From Octopus bimaculoides (Eukaryota), in the NCBI RefSeq assembly GCF_001194135.2, contig NC_068987.1:14158726-14222725 (forward strand): a stretch of DNA of 64,000 bases, in the 5' to 3' direction. The first letter of the stretch is position 1, and every line of letters begins with the position of its first letter. Below, piece by piece: positions 39,078 to 51,314 of the stretch. The position numbers and the translations under genes are program-made. The notes below the pieces were generated by a model. It saw only the letters and a program-made list of their open reading frames with translations, was not told the DNA's origin and did not search any database.

Positions 39078-39316
39078 GGTACTACTAAAGCAGCGCGGAC
39101 CCGAACGCGCAGTCGCGTGTCCGCGCTAGCTAGTCGTGAGTGGTCGATCCTAACCCTAACCCTATTCCTAACCCTAACCCTAAACACGTATTCATTTGCA
39201 CACGCGGGTTAGGGATAGGGTTAGGGTTAGGGACAGGGTTAGGGATAGGGTTAGGGTTAGGATCGACCACTCAAGACTAGCTTGCGCGTTCGAGTCCGCG
39301 CTGCTTTAGTAGTACC
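39078..39316. mobile_element. Foldback MITE (Mutator-like by TSD length) with internal telomeric repeats
   Basis: 33-bp outer TIR with 1 mismatch (GGTACTACTAAAGCAGCGCGGAC...), exact 9-bp TSD GAAAAATAG at 39069-39077 and 39317-39325, inner arms of (CCCTAA)n and (TTAGGG)n. Confidence 0.85.
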
Positions 39317-40390
39317 GAAAAATAGATACATGTTATATTCCAATAAAAGTACTTTTAAATGTAAGGAAAAAAAAATGAATTTCGATTGACATAAGCGGTT
39401 AATGTTAATTTGTTACTACTATTTACCGCGTGCTAAGCGACAACATGTGTTGTTTTAGTGATGGCAGCAGCCAAAGTAGTCATAACAACCATTTATGAAC
39501 ACTGATAATTACACAAATGCTGAAAGTATTTAATGCATAATTCAAATTAAAATGTCTTTAACACGAACTATATTCACATCTTTCAGAAGGAAACAGTTTT
39601 GTTCAGCGTGTAGATTACCATTGTTGCATTATGACTGGACGCGTCTTTATACAAACCAACTGAAATGTTCGAGTCGTTCTAGGACAATATTTACTCGACC
39701 TCAACATTCACAGCTATCAACTACTCTCAATGGAGCTGAACCTAAAGACTGGATGTCTTCAGCTTTGCCGATGCGATACGTATTTGTAACAACATCGGAA
39801 TCTATTTGGGAAGATATACCTGGTATTCATCTGTTTTATGTCTTTATGAACATGTATATATATCATTGTGTCCTTGATTTCCCCTCTAAATGTTTTGATT
39901 TTGGATTTAACTATATTTAAGCGTGTTAGATTTATACAAAGCCAAACAACCAAATTAATTGTTCTGACGTTTGAGAAACTCCTTATTTAGCCTTAATACT
40001 AACAAATTATTATAAGGTGCAATTTCTTTTGTCTCGACATCCTCCTATGTGTTTTTCCTTTGATAATGTAGACCTAGACGCACTGTCTAAAATATGATAT
40101 TAATAATGATGATGACGATAATAAAAAACGGCGTTGAACTAGAGTTAGCCCACACACTGGAGCTCGGTGTGTACACACCCGATTCAGTGGCCTGCGTAAA
40201 CACAAAGCAGTTCGAGTAAAAGCTTCGGTCTTTACATATTACTACCTTAATTGTTTTATTTCGCCCTCTCTGTTTTCATTGTCAAATAACTTTAACGAAG
40301 TCCACTCTGTTGCCAATGTTCGACAGGTCCCTGCTTTGAGGATATTTTCCTCGCTCTCTACCTTCAACCAGTCTCGGAGGTCCTGTAAAG

Positions 40391-40637
40391 CAGGGGTCCC
40401 CAACCACCGGGCCGTGTATCATTTGGTATCGGACCGCACAGAAGGAATAAACTTTAAAAAATTTTGACTAGTCTGCAGGATGCTTTCGCATTGTATGCAT
40501 AATATATATGTATTGTATTTGTAATAATTAAATTATATATTATGCACTTTATTGTTATGTGCGTGATTGCCCGATCTGTGGAAAAATTGTCTTCCATGAA
40601 ACCGGTCCGTTGTGTAAAAATAAGTTGGGGATTCCTG
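40391..40637. mobile_element. hAT (Charlie/Buster-type) MITE
   Basis: TIRs CAGGGGTCCCCAAC / GTTGGGGATTCCTG, exact 8-bp TSD CTGTAAAG at 40383-40390 and 40638-40645. Confidence 0.85.
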
Positions 40638-40782
40638 CTGTAAAGGATCAAGGGCACTGCTTTCGTTCTGGGTTAAAAGACAAAAAAAAAAAAAAGATTC
40701 TTTATCGTATAACTTTAAAAAAGACATACGATGAGTCCATCGGTAATTATGAATGTTTCTTACAAGATCACAAGGAGTATGT

Positions 40783-40995
40783 AAGGCGGTGAGCTGGCAG
40801 AATCATTAGCACTCCGGGCAAAATGCTTAGCGGCATTTCATCCGTCCTTACGTTCTGAGTTTAAATTCCGCCGAGGTCAGCTTTACCTTTCATCCTTTTG
40901 GAGGTCGATAAAATAAGTTGCAGTCGAGTACTGGAATTGATATAATCGATTTAATCCCTCCCCTGAAAGCCTTGGGCCAAAGTTTGAAACTAATG
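40783..40995 (+). mobile_element. tRNA-derived SINE family A
   Basis: Colinear with 61472-61686. Confidence 0.8.
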
Positions 40996-41124
40996 TAAAG
41001 AGTATGTGTAAGTCGAATGGTTGACTCGATTGTAGGTAGCGAAATTTCATTAATGACTGTTAAGTTAGCGTTACAATATTTAATGTCTTGATCAGTTTTT
41101 TTTTAAAAATGCTTAGGCGACAAA

Positions 41125-41325
41125 GAGAAGATAATATTGATTTCAAATTCTGGCACAAGGCCAGCAATTTCGTAGTAGGGGATAAGTCGATTACATTGAC
41201 CCCAGTGTTCGACTGGTACTTATTTTTATCGAAAGGATGAAATGCAAAGTCAACCTTGGCGGAATTTAAACTCAACGTAAAGACGGACGAAGTGCCGCTA
41301 AGCATTTTGTCCGTCTTTGCTAAGA
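41125..41325 (-). mobile_element. tRNA-derived SINE family A, inverted relative to 40783-40995
   Basis: Reverse complement of the family A body. Confidence 0.8.
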
Positions 41326-42778
41326 GAAGGCAATATTAATCCCGTGAGTACTATTTCTATAATTTCAGCAAGCAGGGGGAATAACTCCAGATATATTCCG
41401 TAATTTGAACTACAACTCATTGGCCTTCACCCAGTTTTCTCTGTCCCAAATCCTTTACTCAATCTTTCCTCTTTAGAACCCCTTCCTTCTAGAACTATTG
41501 CCGATGTTCTATCTTCTGCCATTAATCTTAGTATGTAGGTATTAACCACACTAACCTCACTGGATCCCCTAGTTTAGGCAGGTCCAAACTGAAAGAGCTG
41601 TTGGCACTACTTCTTATTCAACTATTAATCTCTCCATTCAAAAGTGAAATATGTTAGTTTGCCCTGATGAAGAACAAAAGTCCAAGACTTTGAACAAAAC
41701 CCTTCATTTCTCTCCAACAAATTATTCCACCTATAATGTAAAACTTTTCACTTCCTCACAGCAGACTATGTTATTCCACATAGACCATCACTACTTTCAT
41801 TGGATCCTACTGTTCACTTCCGTAATTTCTTACATCAACTCTAGGCACATATTTTGTTACCATTTTTCTGTTGACGTATACTACCTTTTGTTTCACTCAT
41901 ATTTGAAAATAATGAAAAATTAGGAAAATAACTTCGCCATTGTTGTTATGCTGGTGCTTGGAACATAAACTAACATGAAATTTTGGTAGGGAATTTTAGA
42001 TCACTTTAAAGAAGTTTGTATCATAGAACCAATGGGTTAACATCGAAGGAACCCTATGATAATAAAGTCCTAGATACTTTAGTTTAGTCTATATAATCTT
42101 CTCTTTTGTTGGTGATATCTATTAATCACTTGAATTGACCCATGCTTGTTACTTTTATTAGCCACCAGAGATGCAAAGTTAATTCAAGCAGTATTTGAAT
42201 TTGTTATAATGGGAAGAAATTAATAACTTAGATATTTTACTGTTCTTTTAGTTGTATCTGATGAATTTTTTTTTAAGCCTGTGTCTGTCAACCTAAGACG
42301 GGTAAAATTAGAAGCAACTACTCTTCCCTTCACAAAGTCAACACTGTGTTTGTTACACATGATAGTCATGAATGTTGGGTGATGATAAGTACTGCTGTAT
42401 CACAGAATAAGAGACCCTGTTGAATGCTTTCTACCTGTTGGTGAATCCTAAGTACAGCAGCTTACTTTTAACTACATACTTCCCCCTGCAAGTGTATCAC
42501 CAGGAAGAGAGCATTAGCATAATTTTTCCTGACATAAAACTAAACTGCATCTCATGCAGGCTAATTTTCTTCCTAATTAATTAAGCTATAGCTCTTTCTA
42601 TGATTTTCATGATCTAGTAATAATAAAGTTGTCCTATACTAAGTATTTATCTTCTTATTTGTATGTTATATGTGTGTGTGTGTGTGTGTATAATGTATGG
42701 ATATCTGCATGTATGTATGTGTTTGCCATTTTGCTTTTGAAAAAGTTTTTCCAGAAATGTTTTTATTTTTATTCTTAG

Positions 42779-42952
42779 ATGGATTTGTTTTTGATACTGG
42801 TTATGTGGATTCCCATGCTGGTTCTCCTTACGACCCTAAAATTCCTTTGATTCTTGCTGTCCATAACCTCATGTCCAGCCATGAAGATCTTATTCCACTC
42901 TTGGCACCATTAGTCTTGAAAAATTACAGAGTTATTGCAGTTAATCTTCCAA
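42779..42952 (+). CDS. Alpha/beta-hydrolase-fold protein (DUF1057-like), exon 2
   Basis: Acceptor ttttattcttag, donor A|GTAAGT, 174 nt. GFVFDTGYVDS...LILAVHNLMSSHEDL...NYRVIAVNLP corresponds to the beta3 H-G region and the RVIAxxLP motif of ABH folds. Confidence 0.85.
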
Positions 42953-44177
42953 GTAAGTACAACTGTAACTTTATTGAAGTATATTATAAGATTGTTGTTG
43001 TTTAACCCCTGGTCAGTTCTCATCAAGCTACCTTGTGATCAAATGCATTCCAATCATGGCCATCCTGACATTTTAGAACATGTAGAACTGCATTATTCTG
43101 TTTCGTTTAAGCCTTTAGAATTCACATTACTCTGTCAAATATAATACTTATACATTCACATTGCTTTCAACTAATCATTTATTATCTTGTAGTGTTGAGA
43201 TTTTGATGATGTGATTGTAAATTCCAAAAAAATGCGATGCTGATTGAGAAGGAATTGTATTGAGTCATTCTGGATGTAAAATTCTGTCTGTTTTTGATTC
43301 ATAGAATAAACTGTCATTAAGAAGTAATAAGAGATCTGTGTGCCAAAGACTTCTATCATCTCATCATTTTAACGTTCTGTTTTCCATGCCTGCATGGGCT
43401 GGATGGAGTTTATTGAAGTAGGTTATCTACAGCCAAATGTCCTTCCTGTCACCAACACACACTTGTTTCCAAGCAGAGTAATACGTCCCCATAGCCAGAT
43501 ATGTTCTCAGAAAATATCAAAAATGAAGGACACTGTTTGTATGACAGCGGCATTCATTTGCAACTATCACACAATGTCAAGACAAGGAGACATAAACACA
43601 GACTCACACACATATGACAGGCTTCTCTGCGTATCTGTCTACCAAATCCACTCACAAGGCTTTGGTTGTCCTGGAGCTATTGTGTAAGACACTTGCTCAA
43701 GGTGCCATGCAGTGGGATTGAACCCAGAACCATGCGGTTGAGAAACAAACTTCTTAGCACACAACCACACCTATATTCAACAAATAATGCTTACAACTCA
43801 ATGTGTATTGGATATAAAGGAGAGAACATGGCTACCATGTAAGACATTAATTATTAAAATAACCTAAAATCATAGCATTCACTTTCAATAATAATTAGAA
43901 TTTAATATTTCTAAAAAGAAAGGCAGAGTAATTACCATGCTAGATAAAATGCTTAATGGCATTTCTGACTCTTTACATTCTGAGTCAACTGAAGTCAACT
44001 TTCACCAAAGTTGACTTCGTCTTTCATCCTTTCAGAGTTGATAAAATAAGAACTAATTGAGCACTGGGGTTGATGTAATTGTCTTACCTTCTCCCTTCAA
44101 AATTACTGGCCCTGTGCCAAAATTAGAAAGAATATTTCCAAAAATAATCATTGCTTATTCGGTGATTTTATTTTCAG

Positions 44178-44289
44178 GTTCCATCTATACAAATGGTGTT
44201 GGTTTAGGCCATGATGATGGTTTCCTACACTCCACTACTGAGAATGCAGAATTTATTTTTGATTTTCTAAAAGAGCTGAAAATTCCAAA
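44178..44289 (+). CDS. Alpha/beta-hydrolase-fold protein, exon 3
   Basis: Acceptor ttttattttcag, donor AA|GTAACT, 112 nt, phase 1 to 2. SIYTNGVGLGHDDGFLHSTTENAEFIFDFLKELKIP. Confidence 0.8.
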
Positions 44290-45797
44290 GTAACTATTAC
44301 CATTTGATAAATTTCTTTATTTGACAAATTGATAATGATAATGATGATGATGTGTTGGGTGTGTGTGTGTATGTGTCATATTTATATTTATTTATTTATC
44401 TAGGCATAGATGTGGTTGTGTAACTGATTGGTTCACTTCCAAACCACATGGTTCTCTCAGCAATTGCTTCAACACCACGTTTCTAGTGAAAACCCTACCA
44501 GTAATGAGTTTGCCTTATTTGGGATGGTCCGCTTCAGTATTAACCATTATTCTTCCATTCTTCTCTTTGATGTTCTCTCTCTCTTTCGATTTCTCTCCTC
44601 TGTGCTGCTTCCTCTTCCGTTTCATCTTGTCACCTTTGCGATGCTGTCATTCTTAGATATTCTCTCCTCACTGCTGTTTTGCTCTTCTGTTACATCTTGG
44701 CGCTTTTGTGGATATCTCTCCCTTGTGCAATTAGGTGCTCTTTTTCATATTGACGTCTTCGAGCCCGTCTCTCTTGTCTCACTTCTTGTGATTGATTTAA
44801 TAACCTTAATGTATTGTTTAATCTTCTTGCGTCCAGTTCTTCCCGAGTGAGACTGGCTGTTCTTCACCTTTGTCTCTCTCTCTGGCTAACCGTTGCCATC
44901 TGTCTGATTCATTCTCCATAGCAGGTGGATGAGTATATTTAATACGACAGGACACAAACTTCAAAACAAATGCGTATATTTGTGTGCGCGTGTGTGTACG
45001 TTAGTTTGTTTATTTTTCTATACGTAACCATACAAAGACCAAAATTACAAAGGATTACATTAACAGCATACACAGAGACCCCCCCCCCCCCGGCAACATC
45101 TATACATTCTCTATCTCTGTCTGTCTGTCTCTCTCTCTTTCTTTCACTACTTCCTGAAACGGGAAAAAATCTTGAAGACAGGCTTCACTGCCTTGGCAAA
45201 ATTCTTCATTCATAAATATTTACAAACATCACGGTATCAGCAAATATTTGTAAATATTTATAATTACTTTCCTTTTATATTTAGCTTTCTTTAAACAGAC
45301 AATATTATCAAGCTTTCTTTCAATAGACAATATTTTAATTCTATGACTTAAAAATTACCACTTATTTATTTATCTTTATCTTATTAACTTTTTAAGCAGA
45401 AAATCTTCCAGAACAGTCAAACATCCGTAGAAATAATTTTGAGGTGCAAAAATCTTATTTAGTTATCTTATATATTGCAATTAATGTTTACCAGAAAAAA
45501 AAAATCAGCATTCATTGAATGAAAATGTTGCTGTTGAGAGAGAGTGTGTGAGTGAAAAAGAAAGAGAGAGAGAGAGAGCGTGTGTTTGCGTCTGTAGATA
45601 GATAGAGAGAGAAAGAGAGAGAAGCAGCGTTCATCAACTAAGTGAAAAGGTTTTTGTTGAGAGAGCGAGAGGAGCTGTTTGATTCCACTCCCTCTCTCAT
45701 TGTTATTACCATTTTGTCTCTTCTCTTTTTTTACTCTTACTTACACTGTTACTTCCTCATTGCTTTTGGACAAACTTACAAACAAGCTCATTATATA

Positions 45798-45918
45798 AGG
45801 GCTTTCCTATAAGTAGGTTATCTCCCTTGGCTAGGCGGCGCTCCATGTAGACAATTAAACTTCCGCAGACTATCCACGCTATTGTTATTGTTTTAGGTCT
45901 TATGGATATAAAGCAGCT
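45798..45918 (+). repeat. Truncated second copy of the SAP-ORF element leader
   Basis: Only a few differences from 63794-63918; similarity ends right after ATGGATATAAAGCAGCT. Confidence 0.75.
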
Positions 45919-46186
45919 GACAATTTGTTGTCACATTAGAATTTTCTTACTGTGAAATAAGATTTTATCAAACTGATTTTCTATCATGACTTTATATAAT
46001 ACACACACACCATATAAAGTGAGAGAGAGTATATTTATCATTTATTTGTTCATTTAACAGATTTTTCCATGATAGCATGGGTTATATTTATACACATGAT
46101 GTTTGCAATTGACAGTTAACTATGATAATGTTTATGAAGAATTGTCCTTTTAATTTTCTTCTTGATATTTTTCTTTCTCACACAAG

Positions 46187-46303
46187 GGTTGATGTATTAC
46201 TTGGCCACGGCACTGGATGTTACCCTGTTGTTCGCTTATGTGCAGGACATGACCTGTTTAAGTCTGCAGCATTAATTTCTCCTGCAGGTCACTTACCATG
46301 CCC
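46187..46303 (+). CDS. Alpha/beta-hydrolase-fold protein, exon 4 (nucleophile-elbow region VLLGHGTGC)
   Basis: Acceptor tttctcacacaag, donor CC|GTCAGT, 117 nt, phase 2 to 2. VDVLLGHGTGCYPVVRL...AALISPAG has the spacing of beta5-elbow and beta6. Confidence 0.85.
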
Positions 46304-47603
46304 GTCAGTATTATTTTATTTCTATATGCACCTTTTTTTTTATACATACCATACACATTCCAAATCTACCCTTATTCAACAGATCTATGATTAAAAGTAT
46401 TCTAGCTATGAACATCTCATCATTTTGGAATGAAGCATCGTTTATCTGGTATTACATTGTCCTTGGTATATGAAGGTGTGCTGAAAAGTTCTTGGCTTTG
46501 GTTCAAAGAAAATACAGGAGGGTCAGTTAATTAAGATTTTATTGAACATATTCCCCTCTCAGATTCACACACTTACTGTTGTGGTCCTTTAGTTTTTCTA
46601 AGCCCTGTAAAATAATTTAGAAAGTTGGGCTTCCAACCAAGCCTTTCATGATACCCTTAAAGCCAGGAACTTCTCGGCACTCCTTCGTATATGTCTTTCT
46701 ATTTTTATGCTTATAGAGCATGATTTGAAGGAGAATTGGGTGCTATCTTTAGCAGGCCACACGACTATGCATAGGCTCCCTTGTTTTCACATATTTTGAT
46801 AGGTAATTTTAGTAAGTGGAAGAGTAATTTGGGTAACTCTATGCCATTTTGAATAAAGTTTTTGTTATCCTTCTGTTCCAACAGTGAAAAGCTAGCATGA
46901 CTTTTTTGTTAGTCACCTCTGGTTTCCCACCTGATCTTCAGCCAACCATTCATCTCTGATGTGTGATTATTTATAGTGATAGTGATAACTATTGTTAGCA
47001 TGAGTATCTTAGGCACATACCTTGTAAAATGCACCACACACTTCATGATGACAATCATGTTGTCAGTAGCTCATCTGCTGTCCCTCTGTATGTAACTCTG
47101 CACACATACTAATATGTCTGTCTGTTTATCTAGCTCTCTCCAGGGCTTTCTGTGGTCAAGATTGATCATGAATCTGCATAGACTTGAGCAAGGTTTATTT
47201 TGTGGAAGACTAGCAGTTGCCCATACATGCACATTTTCCCTTTCTCTATGGCTACCAGTGTCATCCAAGGAAAAGGCTTAATACTGTTTGGCACATGTTC
47301 CATCATAACACAAAAAGTCAGTATTGATGCTGCAAGACATCCCATCCAATGCTTGTACACTTCTGCCAAATCCACGGCCCTGGATTGGTAGTTTTTTTTA
47401 TTGACCTGTTACAAATAGCAGTCAAATTTTCTTTGGATCACATCCAGCTATCTTAACCATTTTATTATTATTTTTCTTTGTCTCAAATAATTTTTTAAAT
47501 AATGAAGAATTTAGTAAAATAACATTGTCATTATAAAGCTGGTGTTTGGTGCATAAATTAACATGGAAGTATGATGAGAAAGTTTTAATTTAAATCACTT
47601 TAA

Positions 47604-47806
47604 CCCTTTAGCATTTAAAATGGCCATATCCAGCCCAAATATTCTACTGTACAGATCCAGCTTCCCACTCCTACTCTACAATGTAATTTTAAAGATAAAC
47701 AACCACATCATTGAAACCTTGAATCTACAAGGTAATGCATGACTAATTCAAAACAATGTGAATTAATAAGCATTACATTTGACAGAGTAATCTCAATGCT
47801 AAAGGG
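47604..47806 (-). mobile_element. piggyBac-type MITE, family 1 (reverse orientation)
   Basis: Reverse-complement body with the same TIRs. Further degenerate copies at about 23015-23240 and 43110-43260. Confidence 0.75.
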
Positions 47807-48194
47807 TTGATAAAGCAAATTTGTTTCATATAACCAAGGGCAGTCTCAGATGGGTTGGTTTCAAAAGGGTTAAAAAGAAAGGAGATGTATAACAATGAAG
47901 TCCTAGGTACTTTAATTTAGGCTACATCACCTCATTTGTTTGAGATCATTTGCTACTTTAGAATCTTAAACATACATATAAGCATGCCTATATTCATTCT
48001 CTATTTTCCTTCAGTGACTTGTATCAAGGTTATTTTATTTTACACCTACAGACTAATCACTAGTACATTACCATACTATAACTGTGAAATCAATTATCTT
48101 TCAGCTTAGTAAAAAAAATATAAAAATCCCAAATATTTAATAATTATATGGATTTATTTTCCTATTGTTTCTTTTTGTTTTATAATATACACAG

Positions 48195-48372
48195 AGGAGT
48201 CCAACCTCACTTACGCTATAAGTTGTTCACAGAAGTATGGGATGTACCCTACCTTCGACCTTTTGCAAAAGTTTTTGTCTATCTATGGAAACTCAAGGAT
48301 GCTTACAGGGAATATACAACAGAAAGCGTTATAAGGGGTTTCTTCATAATCAACGGTATAGACTTCAATAGT
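48195..48372 (+). CDS. Alpha/beta-hydrolase-fold protein, exon 5 (cap region)
   Basis: Acceptor acacag, donor AGT|GTAAGT, 178 nt, phase 2 to 0, open frame GVQPHLRYKLF...GIDFNS. Confidence 0.8.
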
Positions 48373-49192
48373 GTAAGTATAGTTATTATTTTTTTTTATA
48401 CTGATAAAGATTATTTTATTTACTTTTCTCAGTTGTATTTGCTTGGCAAGTAACTTGTTCTGGAATCATGTGTTGAATCTGATTCAAGTACGTGATAAGA
48501 AGCTTGCTTTCCAACCACATGGTTCCAGGTTCAGTCCTACTACATGGCGCCTTAACCTTCTACTGTAGTTTTCTACTATAACCTCAGGCATGGAACATGG
48601 ATGTTAAATTTCGGCTTGCGAAGACCTGTTGGGGCAAGCGAAAGCGAAATCGTGATGGCACTAAGAGCACCGTCCAAGCGTGATCGTTGCCAGAGCAGCT
48701 GTCTGGCTTCCATGCCGGTGGCACGTAAATAGCACCATTTGAGCGTGATCATTACCAATGTCGCCTTCCTGGCACTTGTGCCAGTGGCATGTGAAAAGAC
48801 ATTCAAGCGAGATCATTNNNNNNNNNNNNNNNNNNNNNNNNNNNNNNNNNNNNNNNNNNNNNNNNNNNNNNNNNNNNNNNNNNNNNNNNNNNNNNNNNNN
48901 NNNNNNNNNNNNNNNNNNNNNNNNNNNNNNNNNNNNNNNNNNNNNNNNNNNNNNNNNNNNNNNNNNNNNNNNNNNNNNNNNNNNNNNNNNNNNNNNNNNN
49001 NNNNNNNNNNNNNNNNNNNNNNNNNNNNNNNNNNNNNNNNNNNNNNNNNNNNNNNNNNNNNNNNNNNNNNNNNNNNNNNNNNNNNNNNNNNNNNNNNNNN
49101 NNNNNNNNNNNNNNNNNNNNNNNNNNNNNNNNNNNNNNNNNNNNNNNNNNNNNNNNNNNNNNNNNNNNNNNNNNNNNNNNNNNNNNNNNNCA

Positions 49193-49614
49193 TGTAGTGA
49201 CACCTTATAGCAGACGACTGTTATATGTTCAATGTCCGGAGTTTTATCCACGCATGCGCAGAGACTAGTTCCAGAAGGAATACAGGAAGAGTCTCATGCG
49301 CATGCGTAGAGTTCGACACCCAGCTTTGGCGCCTTTTCTCAGTCTCTTCGTTGACCAATCTCTGTCGAGCCAAGACGTCCAACAGAGCTCTCTCACATGT
49401 CAGCACCAGAGCTTCACAAATAACCACGGAAATCATTCAGGAGGCGTCTCAGTAACCGAGGGCGACGAGCTACCGAATTCCCTCCAAGCGTGAACTGAAT
49501 TCCACTGTAAATAAATATTGTTATGTTGTTCAGAATCTGCGTTCCGTTGTTTCTTCTAGAAATTTAATGTACGGAAGCGGCGTACGCCTAATGGTGTATA
49601 ACCACTTCCCTACA
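49193..49614 (+). mobile_element. Probable solo LTR (Gypsy/BEL-type), 422 bp
   Basis: Termini TGTAG...CTACA, internal AATAAA (49511), CpG-rich, no ORF. The left TSD is hidden by an N-gap. Confidence 0.65.
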
Positions 49615-50053
49615 TATATATATATATCTGTAATATATAGGTGTTATACATGTAACAATTAAATTATGTATTATGCACTTTATTGTCTTGCATGAAACTG
49701 GTTTGTGATAGAAAAAAGTTAGGTGATCACTGCCTCAAAGCATCTTGCAATGTCAATTATGGCTTAGAAAAATAAAAAACATTGAAGTTATAGCTTTAAT
49801 CAGAAGACACTAATACGTCAATCCACTTTTATGACTTTTTCATGAATATACTTGATAAAATTTTTTGAATTCATCAGTAATATTTTATATTCATTTAATG
49901 TGGCAAGCTAGTGAGTTCAAATTCCACCGAGATCAACTTTGCCTTTCATCCTTTTTTTTTGGAGCGGGGGGTCGATAAAATAAGTACTAGTTTTGCAACG
50001 GGGTCAATATCTCCTAATATTGCTGGCATTTAAACTTTTTGGTCTTCTTACAG

Positions 50054-50225
50054 ATTGGTGGATATTTAGTAAGTATGAAATCGAAGGAAGTGCCTGTTGG
50101 TGTACTTTACTGTAAAGATGACAAATTTACTGACACAGAAATATTAGAACATTATTGCAAATTACTTGGTTTTGAAGATCAGCATTTTGTGCATTATGAT
50201 GGCAATGGCCAGATAATAAAGCAAG
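50054..50225 (+). CDS. Alpha/beta-hydrolase-fold protein, exon 6
   Basis: Acceptor tcttcttacag, donor G|GTGAGT, 172 nt, phase 0 to 1. VPVGVLYCKDDKF corresponds to beta7 plus the acid position. Confidence 0.8.
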
Positions 50226-50344
50226 GTGAGTTTGTTTGACATTTTAATTGTTCAAATATCCATTTTTTTGTCTATGTATATGTCATGTTGTTCTTGAGAA
50301 GATATTGTAAACTCTGTCTCAATTAGTCTATGGGACAGATGTAA

Positions 50345-50385
<41 letters not shown>

Positions 50386-50789
50386 ACTCTGTAGTGAATA
50401 CTTTTGACAAATGTTTGAAAACATTTGAGGGTAAAGCAATAATTATGCTGGCAACGGCTAGGCTCAAATGGTGTTTTTTACGTGCCACCTACACAGGAGT
50501 CTGTCCAACGGCGCTGGCAATGACCTCACTCGATGTCATTATTATATTGACTATGGTCAATCCACCTTCTGTTTGCCTCTAAGAACAACCTTCTGTGCTC
50601 TTCCTTAGCCCTTTTTAATACATTAATATGCCTGAGAACATTTCTCATTTTTTGACACGAAACATAGTTTCAAAGTGTTCAGGCCTCAAGTGACATGGGT
50701 TGGATGTGTTGTCACACTTCCAGTAATCTCTCTTTCAGGGTTACTGTATTCTAGACATGACAGAGAGCTAGGTATTGCTCATATGCTTT

Positions 50790-51140
50790 TATTCTTTTAT
50801 TTGTTTCAGTCATTTGACTGCGGCCATGCTGGAGCACTGCTTTTTAGTCGAGCAAATCGACCTGAGGACTTATTCTTTGTAAGTCTTGTACTTATTCTAT
50901 CGGTCTCTCTTGCCCAACTGCTAAGTGACAGGGACGTAAACACACCAGCATCGGTTGTCAAGCGATGTTGGGGGGACAAACACACACACGACGGGCTTCT
51001 TTGAGTTTCTGTCCACCAAATCCACTCACAAGGTTTTGGTTGGCCTGAGGCTATATTAGAAGACACTTACCCAAGATATCGCACAGTGGGACTGAACCTA
51101 AAACCACGTTTAAGAGGTGAACTTCTTAACCACACAACCA
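50790..51140 (-). mobile_element. SINE family B
   Basis: Reverse complement of the 23340-23690 core and tail. Other copies at about 3893-4050, 17930-18120, 33030-33190, 43600-43780, 55770-55870, 62920-63090 and 63600-63790. Confidence 0.75.
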
Positions 51141-51186
51141 TTTCTGTGCATATGTAATATAAGTAATTTTCTTTTTTAATTTTCAG

Positions 51187-51314
51187 CTGAAACTACCAAA
51201 GGATCATTGCACCATGGACTTATACTAGAACATGGAAATCCATTTCAAGTCCTGAAGAACCCACTTTTGAATTTAGTAGAGAAACTTGTTAATCTATCAA
51301 AACAAGTCCGATAA
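51187..51314 (+). CDS. Alpha/beta-hydrolase-fold protein, terminal exon 7
   Basis: Acceptor ttttaattttcag, phase 1, (A)ETTKGSLHHGLILEHGNPFQVLKNPLLNLVEKLVNLSKQVR*. Seven exons sum to 930 nt with no frame break. Confidence 0.75.

Noticed and set aside
39078-39316. Relic of a telomere-telomere chromosome fusion
   Set aside because: The polarity is CCCTAA then TTAGGG, opposite to a fusion, and the unit has TIRs and a 9-bp TSD.
41660-41700. Further hammerhead (CTGATGAAGAACAAAAGTCCAAGA)
   Set aside because: Stem II is mismatched and GAAA is lost; at best a decayed relic.
45798-45925. H/ACA snoRNA-like layout (AGACAA H box, ACA near the end)
   Set aside because: The paralogous copy lacks the ACA and continues into a SAP-domain ORF. 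Pocket-to-box spacing is off and I found no convincing rRNA target.
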